Shown here piece after piece: positions 29,247-44,693 of a DNA stretch of 64,000 bases (positions within the stretch are counted from its first letter, which is position 1; every line of letters begins with the position of its first letter). Source of the stretch: Utricularia gibba (lineage: Eukaryota > Plantae > Magnoliophyta); contig CM007991.1 in assembly GCA_002189035.1 (NCBI GenBank), positions 4,340,001 through 4,404,000 of the forward strand, read 5' to 3'. Both the position numbers and the translations under genes were made by a program. A model generated the notes under the pieces. It was not told where the DNA came from. It saw only the letters and a program-made list of their open reading frames with translations, and made no database searches.

Positions 29247-31507
29247 TCATAGCAAGCACAAATCCTCGTCGTTGTGGATCTTGGTGCTCGATGGTTTTCC
29301 GGCCTGGATGCAATCAACGGGGGAATCGTCGGGGAATAGAGCTGCCCAAAGCTCTGCCAGCAGAACGGATCATACATGTGGTATTTCTGCGGCTGAGGAG
29401 TCAGTTGAATGTTTCTCAGAGTGACGTCCACGCAGGGTGTGTTGTCGCTGCAGGCTAGGTGAAGCGGCTTCACGGTGTAGGTTCCGCGGATGTTCTCGAA
29501 GTTGATTCCGGCGAGAGCCACGGCGGAGCTTTGATTCGAGCACTTTGCTTTGTCGCAGTAGAATTGATCGATTACGATCGGGAGCTGAACCTCCGAGACT
29601 TGAATGTTCGAGAAATGAATTCCCTGTACGGTACCCGATCCGCCCTGGAGAATCAGGATTTAATCTAGGGTTAGGTAATGTGGAGCAACTTTTGAGTAAC
29701 TGATTTGATCGATCTACGGGTAATTTGAACCGAGTGTTGATACTCACCTGCCATGTCTTGATTCTCACACCATTCATCGTGTTCTGCATATTAACATCTC
29801 TGACGGTGATATTCGAAACGCAGGCCTTTGTGTTATATCTACCGAGCCCGCCGATGCTGATGCCATGCCCTGGACCGCAGTTTACGTTGTGGATATAAAC
29901 ATTTGTGCATCCCGTTTGGATTGAAACGCAATCATCCCCTGCATAAAATAGGTTCTTCTGGTTAAGTAACACTCTTAAACTTGTGTGATGAGCTGAGGAA
30001 CAGAGGGAACGAAAGAGTTGTTACCGCAGGAGATGTTGGAACTTCGAATGAGCACGCTTTTGGAATTTTGGAGATGAATCCCGTCGGTGTTGGGACTGTC
30101 TCCAGGGGAAGCAACCGTGAAATTGTACACCGTTACTCCCACGCAGTTGTCGAATTTGAGATGGCACTGAGGGCTGTTCCGGATGGTTATCCCGGTGACT
30201 GTAACATTGAAGCTTCCGTAGAACCTGAGAGCCTATCATATTAGAAGAAGATGTCAGCATAATGTTCTGAGTGTTCACCAGGTAGTAAGTAAATCCAACG
30301 GTTATAGCTTCTTACGGTTGGTTTTATACTTGGCATTTTCCCCATCAAGCTAGCTGTTACAGGGAAGGGAGCATGTTTTGGTAATGTGGTGTTGGTAGGG
30401 AAGATGAGTTTGGATTGATCATCCAAAGGGTCATCGTCAAAAGGGCCACTTTGCCACCACACATTTCCACTTCCATCAATTGTTCCACTTCCTCTGATGG
30501 TAATCCCAATGAGCTTCGTGAACTCCAGCCACTGGAGAAGGCCAGATCCCCATCGCCCAGGGCTCGACGGAGCAATTATGGTACCGTCAATCTGAGGAGA
30601 GTAACCAATCTCAGTGTGATGAACTATGCCAAAAACGCAGATTTGAGTAAGTTTCTTCACAGAAGATCTTACCTGGAAAACAATGTTGTGTTGGCAGTAC
30701 GGTCCAGAGAATGAAATTGGTCCGACGAGGAACACATGTCCTGCTGGCACCTCCACCACAGAAGCCTCCAGTTTACAGGCTGAGGCCCATGCATCTTGGA
30801 ACGCCTGCCAAATTTAGATCGTTAGAAACGCACCTTCTAACGTATTGAACTTTAGGATTGGGGAAATTCTGTTGGAGCTTCAAAAGGCTTTTTTCAAGTG
30901 GACAACCAAAAAGTTGGCAAGGAAAGCAACTTTTGGATTTGGCATGAAAAAAAGTGTTGTTTTACGGGTGGAAATAATGCCCAAGTGCCCAACTTTTGTC
31001 AATTCGTCGTAGGTCGGTATAATTCTCTTTGTTAGTTGGTTGTTGGCTCATGTGATTGTAGTCAACTAAAGCAGCAACCATGGAATGCCAGTGCAATAAG
31101 CCGAAGGGAAGAACTTGATGGTATATGCATGGCTTAAGAATGCGCAGCGCAGCTATTGAGAAGAAAATGCTAACCTTAGTGTCGTCCGTGGTTCCATCGC
31201 CTTTTGCTCCAAAGTCCATCACATTGAAGACAACAGCATCAGGCGGTTGCGTGGGAAGAGTGACCGCCGGTTGCGGTGGCGAGGGCGCGGGCGCGGGCGG
31301 CATTGTGGGATTGGCCCCATGGCGATGGCTAAAACGGTGGCTCCTGCCCTTCTTCTTCATTAGAGACTCCGGGAAGGGCCGACTCGGGAGCCGGTGCCGG
31401 TGATGCCTCCCTACTCTTGTGCAGTGACACGTCTCCAAAATGGGACACCACACGAGAAGTAAAAGGGCCGTCGCCAGTGTGACTCTCTTGAGCGGGAAAG
31501 CGTCCAT
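29247..31507 (-). CDS. Polygalacturonase (GH28) with signal peptide and Pro-rich N-terminal extension
   Basis: Exons 31507-31175, 30804-30673, 30591-30316, 30232-30025, 29938-29748 and 29644-29247. Catalytic motifs [15 protein letters not shown] and RIKT are intact. As assembled the stop is 29126; one extra base in run 29319-29323 gives [25 protein letters not shown] ending at 29247. TATAAA at 31583-31578. Confidence 0.93.
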
Positions 31508-33289
31508 TTTGCGGCGGTGGAGGCTTCTCCGGCGAGGGGAAGTGGAGAGGGACGGCAGAGGACTGAGGTCGGGTTGGTTTATAAAGGAAGAGTGACAGTT
31601 GCTGCACTAAGAATACTAACAAACAACTGTATTGTGGATGTGGACGAGCGCCATCGGCCACGCTTGCGCTTGCTTTTTTAATATTTGGAATTGCGCGCTA
31701 TCCAATACCAAAATAGACTCTGTATGTTACATACAACAAAAAAGTAAAATGAAACGAAATGAATAGTTGGGGCGTGGGCCCGGCCATCTTTTTTAAGATG
31801 GCAAATAAAATGAATTAGACTCACGAGAGGGTAAAGCATTTGTTTTATTCCGTTGTGGTGGGATTGGTGGTTGGTAATCGGGGACTGGGAGGGAGAAGGA
31901 GCAGCTCTGATGACAACAGCACAGCACAGCACAGCACAGCTCCCTCCTCCCTTCGCATCGTCACATGCCCCAGCCCCAGCCCCCACAAACTCTCTCCTCT
32001 CCTCTTCACGGGATTCCATTCCGTTTTTGTCTTCTCCCACTGGCCCATTGCTCCCGCCCCGAGATGCCCACCCTCATGGATCATCCATCCATCCATCCAT
32101 CATACGATTGTGGGTGGCGAGCTCGCAGACGCAGACAACGCCACCGTACCGCCCGCTTCTGAAATCCCGAGTGATGTTCTGCTGATCCGGGGTTGGGTTA
32201 CGGCTGTTAGGAGCCAGCCAGCATTTCTTTCTTTTCCTGTTCTGTTTATGTGGATTCCTCCAGAGTCCAGACTAGCTGCTCGCCTTTCCCGACTTAGGGT
32301 TCACATGAAAGCATTGGTACGGCCCCGGCCCCTCCATAATTTACTGACAGCAACAGCGTAAATTGTAAAACTGTATGCAAACCCAAAAAAAAAAGGCGGG
32401 GGGTTCTGAGCGGTCGTAGGCCTGTGGCCGTGGATTTTTATCTTTTCTTTTGAATTCAAAGGCACTCACACACACACACACAATACACATACACACTTGT
32501 GGCTGGGGTTGAAAAGGGGGGTCTCCAAGTCATGGCACTGTGCTCCTTTTGTTTATATGTATCTGCTGTGTTCTGTGTGTGGCTGCATTGCATGCAAATG
32601 GATGGATACATACTGGGAGCCAAATAACATACTTTTTGAGTCATCTGGATTCCGTTTCCTAACCAAATAACATTAGCTGGCTCAGTTGTCAAGAATCACA
32701 ATACAAGGGGAATGGGAATGGGAATGGGAGTGGGTCTCCCTCAGGATAAGCAATCACTCATTCACGCAGCATGTGGGTGTGGGTGTGGGTGTGGATGGAT
32801 GGATAGATTGATGGTTGTGCACCGTGACCAGAAAGTTGTGGCTGCGCTTCCCTCTCGTGTTTTGTCCCCTCGTTCCTGGAGTGAAACTTGTGGCGGTGCG
32901 CGCTTCCAGACAGATGGATAGATGTTCACGGATCCGTTTCCTCGAGATATTTGGGGAGACGCACTCTACGCCACCATTTTTTTGGTTCCCCCAAAACACG
33001 CGAATTTCGAGAGCCACTCATTCCGAACCGGCCCCCGGTCGAGGTTCTAGACATTTCCCTCCCGGTTCATCTCACGTGTACGGGGAATCGGAATGGGGAT
33101 CATTTTCAGGACGCTGCAAGGATTTTGAATTTTAAAATTTGTTTTTAAGAAAAAACCACCCAACTTTTGTCGTTTATTTTTAACCCCACAAGGTTGTAGC
33201 ATTTCCTTTGGTAGGTAGTTTTAGATGGATTTGTTATAATTCACCCCTGTCTTGACTTATATTTAGATTTATTTAAATCAGACACAAAA

Positions 33290-34017
33290 CACGGCTCTTT
33301 TACAAAAATGGCCACTATTTCTTTCAAGTGTTAGGAATTTATTATAAATAGCCATCATTTTTTATTTAAAATAATATATATATATATATATAATTATATA
33401 CTGTGTTTTATGAAATAAATAAACGATTTCAATTTTTAAAAATAACAAATAATTTGAATTAAAACATAATTCAAATAATTTCATATTAATCATTATCTTT
33501 CAAAAAGTTTTTCAAATGAAATATATGGATATAAAAATTGGAAAAATCATATCTTTCATATTTTAATCATTTTAAAAGTTTATTTATTTTTTTTGAAAAG
33601 TTTATATTATCTTGTATAAATTTATAATAGAAAACCTTAGAATAAAATTATTTGAAAAACATGATTTATTCTAGTTTTCATATTAGTAATATATTAAACA
33701 AATTTACAAGCATTAAATAATTTAAAATGTGACTTTCTAACTTTTACAAATATAGTATAAAAATTTTAGATATTTAAATATTTTTGTTAGTAATTGAAAA
33801 TTTTAAAAGAATTGTATTGTATGAAATTTAGGCATTATTAATAAACTAAATAATATTATTATGTAATTTTTTAACTATAATAAGTTTAAATATAATTGTA
33901 TGCATATATATATATATATATATTGTTTGTAAAAAAAAATTCGCATACATACATATTGATATCTGTTACATTTTTTTAAAAGAAAAAATGGCCAATTTTA
34001 TAAAAAAAAATACCGTG
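33290..34017. mobile_element. Possible MITE with about 40-bp imperfect terminal inverted repeats
   Basis: CACGGCTCTTTTACAAAAATGGCCACTATTTCTTT at 33290 versus AAAGAAAAAATGGCCAATTTTATAAAAAAAAATACCGTG ending at 34017. Very AT-rich interior; no TSD seen. Confidence 0.35.
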
Positions 34018-35681
34018 GTCACTTTTATCACATGTGATGAGGCATCCATTTTTTGAATTAATCACACATATCCAAAATAAGGGAGAAGTTCCATTTTTGC
34101 GAATTAACCACATATATCCAAAAAAACACACAGTGGTCACAAACCACATATCTAGGTACATTTATATATCAATGAGGACTTCCATTTATTAGATCCAAAA
34201 TAAATTATTTCATGAATTCGGTGTTTGGGTTCAAGTAGTGTGAAGTCCATAATAATTTTCAATGCACATAGCATATCGTTTCGACGTTATGATGATTTGC
34301 ACTTCCCATAACATATCGAAGATATTTCCAAGGCTATTGCGTTCAACCTTGAAAGGCTGCAGTTTTTGAGGATTTCAAGTACAAGTCTTTTCTTTTTAAA
34401 TAGAAAACTCGGGGTAATGCGATTTAATGCATTGCAATTCGCACCATACCAAGTTTGTTTGAAAAACAAACATGAATTATTCTTTGAATCTGCTTTTTGG
34501 GCTCATGGCGCTAAGTGTTTTATTTGGAAATTCGAGTTATGTAGTTCAAGGAAATCTGTACGATCTTAACTTTGTTTTTTAACCTTAGTCTATCATTCAG
34601 GTCAATTTAATTTGAAAAAAAAAAATCAATATAATTAATTCATTAATTTTTGGAAAAAAAAGAATGAATTATTCATTGGATTTGGTGTATAGAACCAAGT
34701 GCCATATCCGTTTTCAATGTACATGGGAATTTTATTTATATATTTTTTTTCTTTTTAAATAGGGATTGTGGACTAGTGACGTTTATAAAATCGCGGATTT
34801 AAGAGCATAATATTAAATGTATATGCATAATGCCTCTAACCTTATATTTTATACCTACGTAGTTGAAAAATTAATCTAAATAATACAAATTTTTATACCA
34901 AACATGTCTTACATTCTACATCTGCAAGTCCTGTTTAAATATATACAAATAATTGTAACCAAAGTACGCGAAAATCCACTTACCGAAAGTCACCTAAGAT
35001 GTTTCATGACTGAGCTTAAGTTATTTTTATTGAGATAACCAATTTTATATATCCTAACTAAAAAATTGTGATTAAGTAAAGGTAATGGGTGGTTTTTTAA
35101 GGCTTAATGCCATATTTTTGTTTTAAACAATAATATATCTAGAAAAGTAATTATCTTATTACCTTCAAAACCTATTTAGATTATTTAAAGTATAATTTAT
35201 ATTTGATGTATTTATTCTCTTTTTTTATCTAGAATTCATCTTTGACTTCGTAAAATACAAGGTGAAATATATGATAAAAGATTCTTTTTGTTAATTAATA
35301 TAATTATAGAGATAAAATATTAAAATCAATAGTTGGTTTTAGTTACATTTTAGTTTCATAATCCCATTTTTTTATAATTATGAAACTACTAAGCACTCGA
35401 CAAATAATTATAGGAAATATATTTGTTCTTGAAATATATTATAAAAGAGTCCAAAACATTTCTTCATTATTGTCCTCTGCGTTTGTATTTTGTTCTCTGA
35501 AAGTGGGTATGGACATGGTCACCTGAAATTGAATTCCTTTTGCTTTGCATCAGTTTTGTTACTTGCCTTGTTAGCTTTCAAAAAGGGAGATTCTTTTCCT
35601 CCCCATGAATCCTGCCTGCCTTTACTCTCCTCTCCTTCACTACACTCTCTCCATTGCATTGCATTCCATTCCATTCCCCCG

Positions 35682-36601
35682 ATGATGTATCATCCTGATG
35701 ACACCAACCCTCACTTTCACCCCGGTGACCCCGTTATCGACTTCGATCCACGGTCGCCGCCGTCACGTATACGCCTTCAGCCCCCACGTCGGCCCCCGCC
35801 GAGAGAGTGCATTTCGAAACGCCTGCGACTCGCCGGGGAGTGCACTTCGAAACTCCTCCAAACCAACCACAACCACAACCACAACCACCGTACCCGGCTC
35901 GTAAGTTCCAGGAGCCGCCAAGCCCTCATTCCACCTCACAGCCAGCCCCCAAATCCCCTCTCTCGCACTCTACGGGAAGGGCGGCGCGCTCTTCCGCACA
36001 CCCTTCACTGCTACAAGCACCCAAAACTCGACGGACGAGGCCGGTCGCCTGGCTTGTTGCCGCATTTTGCGCACTCTTCTGGATCATCGTCATAGTCGGG
36101 GGGCTCATAGTTCTCATTGTGTACCTCGTTTTCCAGCCCCGATACCCGCGATTTGATCTCTCCTCCGCGACCTTCAACGCCGCGTATCTGGACATGGGGT
36201 ATCTACTCAACGCGGACGTCACATTGCTGCTCAACTTCACCAATCCCAACACTAAAGTTAATGTGGATTTCAGCTTCATCGCAATGGATCTTTACTACGA
36301 TAGGATCTTCATCGCTACCAGATACGTCGATCCGATTTCAGTGATGAGCAGGAGCTCAATGTTCCTTAACGTGGAGCTGATTGCCAGCCAAGTCAGGCTC
36401 CCCATGGGGATTCCCGCACAGCTGCAAAGGCAAGTGGGAAGTGGAAGAGTGAGCTTCGAGATCAGAGGTGTTGTCAAGACAAGATCGAGGTTGGGTGGCA
36501 TTTTCCAGTACTCCTATTGGTTGTATCCCCGGTGCCAGTTCGAAGTTACAAGCCCCCCAAGTGGAGTTTTGATCAGAAGACGTTGTGTGACAAATAGGTG
36601 A
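35682..36601 (+). CDS. NDR1/HIN1-like (NHL, LEA_2 domain) protein, intronless, with one apparent 1-bp deletion
   Basis: MMYHPDDTNPHF N-terminus (ATG 35682). The frame changes in C5 35781-35785 or 35793-35797 into the ORF ending at 36601. TM segment AWLVAAFCALFWIIVIVGGLIVLIVYLVFQP, then LEA_2-type FTNPNTKVNVDF; C-terminus YWLYPRCQF..SPPSGVLIRRRC. Confidence 0.88.
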
Positions 36602-36865
36602 ACAGAGAGGTTCTTGTAATTGGATCAACTGACGATGCTTTGTCGGACTTCAAATTGACAGCAACATAAATAGTTCTAAAAGAAGCCTTGAAGCATCCTT
36701 GTACCGGAATTTTTCCTCCACTTAACAATTTAAATGCAACACATCGTGTTGATGTTTCACTACACAGCTATTGACGTGATGGGGTTCAAATAGTTTCGTC
36801 CAATTCATTGCATTCCTCAGGATGCTAAAATCGAAGCAGTGCGGTCATGAAATAACAGGAGAGAT

Positions 36866-38606
36866 TCACTCTTCCATGGCGTCTCCGGGTTCAGTCACTT
36901 CCACCAATTCCCTCAACGGGGTGATCTTCGTAAACAACACCTCTGTAAAGAACAAACCAGATCAACATTTGTAACATCAATGGGGTTCCTAGTTGACGAA
37001 TTATCAGGCAAAGAATACTGACCAGTCTTCTTGGGAAAAGAGTAACCGTTCTCACTGACGTAAGTACGAGGGTTAGGCAGCATATAATTTCTCAGGTACT
37101 CTTGCTTTCCCTGAAACACATGTCAAAACCGAGTTCATCCCTCTTCCACAGACAGAGAATGTGGCGAATTGTGGAGCGTCAAAGCTGCATGCGTTTTTTC
37201 TAAAAGAAAGCCAATGCTGCGCAAAAATGCTCTCAGCTTTTTCAAACCAAATAGACACTTGACAGCACTCTCCAACAACATTTAACTCGTTTACAATCAA
37301 TAAACGAAATAAACTACAGAAACAATCCGGTGAAAGATAGGAAGTAACCTTTGTGATAACACAGACGTCAACGTTGCTTCCACTTCCCAAGTCATTAAAT
37401 ATTCCTGAGCAGATTGCTTCAGCAACTAGTTTGATCCCTTCATCCTTCTGCAAATATTCCGATACAATCAATCAAAAGAATCCTAACAGTGAGTGCTTAG
37501 ATACAAGGCCACGACAATGACTCACAGTCAGCCCTTCACGATATTTTGATTCAAAAACGGCCATTGCTGCTAGGGATCCAGAACCCATAGTTGCAAAGGG
37601 CAGTGTGTCGGTAGAACCATGTGGATATATCTGCGCCATTGACAACAACGATATTGATAACATAACAACAACCCATAAATTACATCTAAATAGTCAAATA
37701 ACTCACGGTGTGCAAATGAGGACCGGTGACATCAACTCCACCAAGTACCAATGCAGCAGACACGTAGCCTTGATAGCTGAATGATGATCAAAGGGCATGC
37801 TAAGTTTTTAACTGAATGCAGTACAAGACCCTTTTGTTTTTGTTTTTTTTGTTCAAATGACAATGCCATTTGCTTTCAAAATTCATTCCTTCCAAAATCA
37901 GTAGCAACATAACCAGCATAAAACTAATAATACCTAAAGAGGTGGGACTTAAGAAGCGTCAGAGCAGTCACTACCCTGGACTCACGACCAGTATGGAAAC
38001 GGTGCAGCTTCAGCTGAGAGCTAACCATGTCTACAGAAATCAATATAGCATCTAAAAATTAGTTATCCGACCCAAAACTAAAAAATAATGTCAGTAAAAA
38101 CAACGCAACCCACTGATGAGGCATAAAACCTGTAACAGCTTCAGTATCAGCAGCAGTCCCAGCTCCACAGCAATATATATTAGGCGCCATGTAGTGAATC
38201 TTCTCACAGTTCTTATCCGCAACAATGGGACCTTCCGTGGCACGAGTATCCGCTCCAAGTATTACACCATCCTAGAAAACGTAATGCCATTCTCGAATCG
38301 GTCAAATAAGGAGGATGTCAGGAAAAAAATAAAATTCACACTTACGAACCAAATGGGGATCTAAACCAAACTCGAATTGCAAAAGAATCCCATGAACAGA
38401 CTTACATTCAAGAGATCAAAGCAGAAAACAATCAGGAACAATTGGAATGAACAAAAAGAGACAAGCTATACCTTAAAAACCAACCCGACGATTGTTGTTC
38501 CGGTTTTGAGAAAAGAGGGCTGCTTCAAGCCCTTTTTCTCAAGCATCGCGTTTCGCTTGCAAAGATCGAAAGAGAACCCACTCTTGGGCGGCAGCATCTC
38601 AGCCAT
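36866..38606 (-). CDS. PBB: 20S proteasome subunit beta type-7 (beta2)
   Basis: Exons 38606-38472, 38271-38130, 38030-37934, 37776-37707, 37630-37526, 37447-37349, 37110-37023 and 36942-36866. Propeptide with [10 protein letters not shown], processing site KTG|[22 protein letters not shown] and DLGSGSNVD. Confidence 0.96.
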
Positions 38607-39033
38607 TTGCAAACCAAATTTGAATCTTACAAGAAACAAACTACGTCTTTGAAGAATATGCGAGAGACCGAGACGAACTCCAACTCTCTTTTTGTTGTGA
38701 TTGACAGGGCATACCGCCTTGGGGAAGAAGAAACCAAGCGAGGGATTTCGCTCTGAGTCATACCGGGCTGGGCCTCTTCCAAATTATGTATCACATTGGG
38801 CCAGTTTCTTACTATCATATTTAATATAAAAATATAGATCTTTACATATATTTAAAATAAATACGAAAGTTTACACATATTTAATCGAGTAAAAATCCAT
38901 TTTATTGCACTAACAGTAAACTATCTCCCAGCAGGCATCAGCAAGGGTGAGATTGATGAAAGTTCCCTTTGCCGGATTTTATGTACATTTGGGTTGGTTT
39001 CCGGCTCTGATGCTTGGGAATCACTGCATCTGA

Positions 39034-40829
39034 TCATATCAGATACTCGTAATACATCAAGAAAAGCGCATCAGGAGAGTCCTTGGGAAGGCTGCTGATG
39101 TAGAGATAGAACCGTTTCACTTCCTCTGTTGAGATGGTTTGGCGATCGATCACCTCATCCTTGCATGTTAAAACCCACAAGTCCCGTGATTTTACTCTCC
39201 GTAAACTGCCTCGACAAAATGGGCATGACTCCGATCTCATGCTCCTGAAGTTGTAATGGAGATTAGGAGTGAACAAAAAAAGGATCCATCCTGAAGTTCA
39301 GAGCTGCAGCAGACATTACCAGTCACGATAGCAGTTCATGCACATTGCGTGGCAGCAGTTGGGCATGACCATTTTGGTGCAGGGCTCCAAGCATATGCCG
39401 CACTCGTCGTCTCTCTCTGGTTCCGAGCCTGCATACGTGCTGTCGCAGCTGAGTTTCTTAGTTTTTGAAACAATGTGGATGCCTTTGGTTTCTGTGGAGT
39501 CGAGCTCCACCGAGCTCTGATGAAGCTGCTCAAGTGATGGCAGTATAACAGCTGCAGCAAGAGGATTGAAAGTTTCTGAATGGATGCACTTTGAAGGAGA
39601 TGGATGTGTGTTGAATGAAATCTAGGAAGGCGACATACAGTAAAAGTCCCTGACAGATGCCTTCCTTCCATGAGTGGATATTTTTGGCCTCCCATCGGTG
39701 TAAACCTGGATCGTGATAACCACCCGGGATGAGTCAGAAGCTGCCGAGGGCAAGGTACAAATGAATCACACAGGAGACAAACCTTATAAATGAGTACTTG
39801 AAATAAACTGAAGCATCTTGGAAAGAAACACGTGCACGAGCAATCTATCCATCGAAGAAGGTAAAGAAAGAGCGGTGTCAACTTGTTGTAAACCAACTTC
39901 ATTTGAAGGTGGGTGCCTCCGTTGGCTTTTGGAATAGCAGCAGCCCTGAAAAATCAACCAACGAATGCAGATAATCAGCATGGCAACTGCACAGAGAAGA
40001 TTTATACGACAAAAGTAGTCATAAATTGAAAGAATCTTGTCGCAACAATGTTTCTCCATACACTTTTAAGGCATTAACTTCAAACTTATCAATCTACTCC
40101 AAAAGGTTTGAATGGATGAATGAATGAACACCAAACATGGCAATGCACTCCCAAAACGCTGGAGCAAATGAATGACTGAAAACCAAGTTACGCAGGGAGG
40201 CTTGGGAATCAGGGGAATCTCATTACCAAATTACTCCTCGACGGTTTCACAAACAACTTCAACATGTGACAGAAGGCCCAGATTAAGGTGACTATGGACC
40301 GAAAAAAAAAAAACTGATGCGCCTGAATGCTCCCAGAAAAAGAAAAACTCGCACCAATTTGATGAATAAAAAATGGAGCAACAGCCCGATTCACCAGTCA
40401 AACTCAATTAACGAAATAAATAGAATATCGAGTGAAACCAGAGACATTTTGATTCCAGAAACTTTCCGAATCATCAGCATCCTTTCAAAATGAAAACCGT
40501 AGACTTTGTTTGTCCCTTCACATAAAAGGAAACAATGGTCTCTCCAAATTAGATGACAGTTACGCAATCTAAGGTAACCACAGAAACACCAACTTCCCAA
40601 TTCAGCAAGAGTTCGCTCCAAATTTTACGCAAAAAACGCTAACTTCACAAGGAAAAGGTTAAATTGAAGCATAATCGCAGAACCCAGAAACCGGCGTTTC
40701 TCCAAATAAAGACTAGAAAAAGTGTAAAAAATCTTACAAATCATTTGCGTGCTGAATATCCGACTCTAAAACCTTGAGAGACTCCCTGTAAGAACTCCGG
40801 CCTAGCTGGTGGTAGCACGTCATCTCCAT
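39034..40829 (-). CDS. C3HC4 RING E3 ubiquitin ligase, AIRP2-like
   Basis: Exons 40829-40738, 39945-39783, 39705-39639, 39551-39320 and 39244-39034. Motifs SLKVLESDIQHAN, LQMKLVYN, RING CGICLEPCTKMVMPNCCHAMCMNCYRDW...SESCPFCRGSL. Confidence 0.93.
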
Positions 40830-42812
40830 CTCCTTTCTATTTTTCTTCACACCTCACCTACTCCGGTTTCTTTCTCTCTCCACAACCCAGAAAACAAAAA
40901 AAAGGCGCTTTTTTCACACAAGCAGAAACGTCTTACGAGAAACCCAACATTCAGCAGGGAACAAAGACGCTGGGGAATGGAGAATCAAAAGAAAGTGGAA
41001 AAGGGAGGAGAAGTTCGTTTCGCTATCTCCTCTTCATCTCAATCGGCATCGTTTCTCTCCCTTCCACAAAAGCTCGACTCTTTGGTGAGTTGGTGTTAGT
41101 TGGGCATCTGACAGAGATATATATGTTTACGAGGGGTTTGCAAACCCTCGCAGGCTCCTCGTTTCTCCTCCTCTTCGACTCACCTCCCGCAATACGCCGC
41201 CATACGGGTGACATACGTGTCCCTTTACCCTATTTCCAAATTGGAATTTCAGATAGTGACGCCTCAACATAATATTATTCTAATTTGAAAACAAATTTTG
41301 AATTATATTTCTTTTCTTATGGGAATTAACGCAGTATTTTTTATTCAGTGAGATCATTAAATTAAATTAAATCATTAATGCTGGAGTGAAGTCAAATACC
41401 CAAAAGCTAAAATTATGGAAATAATTTTCAATTTCAAAATTTGAAAACTTAGGCACGCTTTTGCAAATTAATCACACCACGTTTTGTCATTAGCGACAAC
41501 GCAGGCCATTAACGACCACTAATTCGTCATTAATGATAAACTGGCGACCCGTTTAAAAACCCTGCCCCAATGTAATAATTAGGGCCATTTAGAAATGTGG
41601 CAATCCAATATGATATGTGTGATAAATCTGACCACCTATAATATATATATATATTCTTTGTTTTAGTGTGTAATAAATAGTCCAGAAAAACTGGTCTTGT
41701 TCGGGTCCTTCGGACTTGGGTTAACCCCGGTTTGCCTATGGGACTCATCCGCCAACGAGGGGGCCTCCACCCCAAAAGTAGAATTTTCATATTTTCCTTA
41801 TTTTTTTAACATAATCTATTCGCACCTTTGTTTCTCTGGTTAGAGATCCAATCAAAATAAAACACATGGATTGGTAGTTTTCAATTAACTTTTTATTTTT
41901 GGGGCGATTTTGAAATTATATTAGTGTTTTGGAAAATTTTACGATTTATCAACACAAGTAGAAATAGGTTGAACGTGTTTTAGAAAATTGTAAAAATATA
42001 TACCTAAATACTTTTGAACCAAGTATGGTTTCCTGTACCTAATTATTTTTCAAAACATTTGTTAATTTAACTTAATATCTTTATTTAAAACTAAGCAAAA
42101 TAAATTCATGTATAATCCAAGGAACTTTTGAAGTGCACCAATGTTGAAATTGGTATTCTCTTCCATGAGATAAGATGGAAAATAGTTTTAGAATTTTCAG
42201 TGTTAGTTAAAATAAGATTGAAAAGTAGCAAGATATTATTTATTTTTATAATTCAAATTTTAAAATAATTTTGATAAAAATTATCTCAGAAAATTTCATG
42301 GTCAGCGGTAGTGGTGGGTGCACCATATCCTATCATATGATGGGTCCCAGCACCAGATAAGATGAGATGAGCATTATATATATGTGTTTGTATATATGTA
42401 TGTATGTGCAGTGGATAAGATGTGATGAGTCATGCGAAAAATATCTGATCGCACACCTCCCTCAGCCAACGTGCAGTTGTCATGATGTGGGCCATGCAAA
42501 TTAGAATGATATCCGCGCAGGCCCCACATCTGAAGAGTCACTATGCGATATAAATAAACGACACGGGATTTTTTAAGCTCTAAAAATAAAATCCATTATC
42601 TTGTATGCCTTCGCTCAGTTTGGGCCACGCCGCTCCGCAAAGCCCAAACGCGACTCATTACGTTAGAATTTTAAACATTCTTTTTAATTAAAATATTTAT
42701 TCCACCCATGTGGGCCCATCCCCCACCGCTTCCGCAAAATAAGTCAGTAGCCAGTTTCGAGTTTCTTCCATTCAGTCGTCTCTCCTGTGTTGTAGATTCT
42801 CTGTAAGAAGCT

Positions 42813-44693
<1,881 letters not shown>

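Noticed and set aside
31678-33148. Many overlapping 65-173 aa ORFs upstream of the polygalacturonase
   Set aside because: They are products of GC-rich, SSR-containing sequence, with repetitive translations and no domain.
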